Below the pieces are notes generated by a model. It saw only the letters and a list, made by a program, of their open reading frames with translations. It made no database searches and was not told where the DNA came from. A stretch of 64,000 bases of DNA from Nitrospiraceae bacterium. GTDB taxonomy: Bacteria; Nitrospirota; Nitrospiria; Nitrospirales; Nitrospiraceae. This document shows, piece after piece, positions 62,822-64,000 of the stretch; the first letter of the stretch is position 1, and the number at the start of each line of letters is the position of its first letter. A program made the position numbers and the translations under genes. The stretch is from positions 20,086-84,085 of the forward strand of contig JBGTCI010000002.1 in NCBI GenBank assembly GCA_041748925.1, written 5' to 3'.

Positions 62822-63307
62822 ATGCAAAAGATCACCCCCTGTTTGTGGTTTGATAGCCAAGCTGAAGAGGCGGCGAAGTTTTATGTGTCGATTTTCAAGA
62901 AATCTAAGATCCGAAACATGACCCGCTATGGAGAGGCAGGCGCAGAAGTCTCCGGAAGGCCAAAGGGGTCGGTCATGACCATTACATTTGAGATCGAGGG
63001 GCAGGAATTCGTTGCCTTAAACGGTGGGCCGCATTTCACATTTTCCGAGGCTATTTCGTTGATGGTAAAGTGCGCGACGCAGAAGGAAATAGACGAGATG
63101 TGGGAGAAACTCTCCCACGGAGGAGAAGAAGGACAGTGTGGCTGGTTAAAGGATAAATATGGTCTGTCGTGGCAAATCGTGTCTCCGGAGTGGGACGAGA
63201 TGTTGCGGGACAAGGATGTTGAGAAATCCGAAAGAGTCATGAAGGCCGTCCTTCAAATGACCAAGCCCGACATCAAGACCCTCAAGCAAGCGTATGACGG
63301 TATATAA
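62822..63307 (+). CDS. VOC-superfamily protein (PhnB / 3-demethylubiquinone-9 3-methyltransferase-domain type)
   Basis: 161 aa. [19 protein letters not shown] ... V.F.I.GQ.F.ALNGGP ... DKYG.SWQI. Confidence 0.85.
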   Translation: MQKITPCLWFDSQAEEAAKFYVSIFKKSKIRNMTRYGEAGAEVSGRPKGSVMTITFEIEGQEFVALNGGPHFTFSEAISLMVKCATQKEIDEMWEKLSHGGEEGQCGWLKDKYGLSWQIVSPEWDEMLRDKDVEKSERVMKAVLQMTKPDIKTLKQAYDGI

Positions 63308-63348
63308 AATGGTCATGACATACGCTCTAAAACCAAAAGGAGATCAAG

Positions 63349-64000
63349 ATGAGAAATGTTCAGACTCTTATAGTAATTGTGGGTCTCTTGTTCACGCTTA
63401 GCGCGAACGCACAAAATAATAGAGCTCCCAAGGTCGAGCCGCTCCCGTGAGATTTGGAAATTCAGCTAGCGCTGAGCGCACTGCCGCCGCACCTCAGAGA
63501 CAGTGCAACAGTATATACTTTAAACTCCGACAAAGGATTTGAAGTTGCCCGCAAGGGTACAAATGAATTCCATGCCTTCGTTGCTCGAACCGGCGATGAT
63601 ACGTTCAGGGGATCCTGGCCCTTAACGGAATATCGAGATGATATTCTCTACCCGGTTTCCTTTGATAAAGCGGGCGTTAAGGCATAAATGCGGGTCTTCT
63701 TTGATGCCGCAGAGATGCAAGCTAAGGGCACTCCTCCCGGCGAACTAAAGAAACTCCTCCAAGACCGTTTCAATGGAGGATTCTATATAGCGCCGGAACG
63801 AGCCGGAATCTCGTACATGCTGTCCCCAGTGCTTAGGGGTTACATTAATCCGGAAGAAAACGACAGCGTAGCGACGCTAAACATTCCCCACGTCATGCAT
63901 TACGCCCCCCATGTATCTAATAATGACATAGGTGGTGGGAAGCCCGGTGGCATGGATCCTTTTGTTATCTTTCACGGCCCCCATGGATACACCATACAGT
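63349..64000 (+). pseudogene. Secreted-protein gene interrupted by two in-frame stops (runs off the window)
   Basis: One continuous frame. Signal peptide MRNVQTLIVIVGLLFTLSANA (AGGAGA SD), TGA at 63448-63450, open 63451-63684, TAA at 63685-63687, then open again to 64000. The region is visibly AT-richer than the rest. Confidence 0.55.

Noticed and set aside
63448-63450. The in-frame TGA considered as selenocysteine or programmed read-through.
   Set aside because: No SECIS-like hairpin is evident immediately downstream. The same frame has a second interruption by TAA. A pseudogene is the simpler explanation.

Overview
Dense bacterial chromosomal segment, high GC by eye and not computed. I call about 68 protein-coding genes on both strands. 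I found no rRNA, tRNA, CRISPR array, transposase, integrase or recognisable defence or prophage module. The protein set resembles Nitrospirota from memory, which I cannot verify here.

Coding content is mostly housekeeping and envelope or metal functions:
- Efflux and transport: a TetR-MFP-RND efflux operon, a CaCA antiporter, and a LON-N/ABC-2 exporter operon.
- c-di-GMP: three stand-alone PilZ proteins.
- Isoprenoid genes: ispA, an HpnA-like epimerase and a membrane protein.
- Signalling and regulation: a GAF/histidine-kinase-like protein whose H-box lacks the histidine, and an ECF42-like sigma factor next to YCII and VOC genes.
- Nickel: nikR-DUF3842-TonB-dependent receptor, plus larB and larC.
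- Copper and envelope: DsbA-like protein, CopA and HtrA.
- Housekeeping: ftsK, lolA, rsmA, pdxA, gpsA and truD.
- Arginine catabolism: a split ArgZ-like arginine dihydrolase with a LOR/SDH-type protein.

The most unusual signal is non-coding. Nearly every intergenic gap holds structured palindromic repeats from several families:
- P125, an element of about 125 nt that abuts stop codons in a fixed orientation relative to the upstream gene.
- N9, long hairpins whose arms are tandem 9-nt units, always found 3' of genes.
- Hairpins with 7-nt-periodic arms that bridge co-directional genes.
- T family, GC-rich hairpins, plus a small module with a covarying hairpin that sits nested inside other elements.

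No mobilising enzyme is visible in the window. Repeat coordinates were counted by hand from ORF-track anchors and may be off by 1-2 nt.
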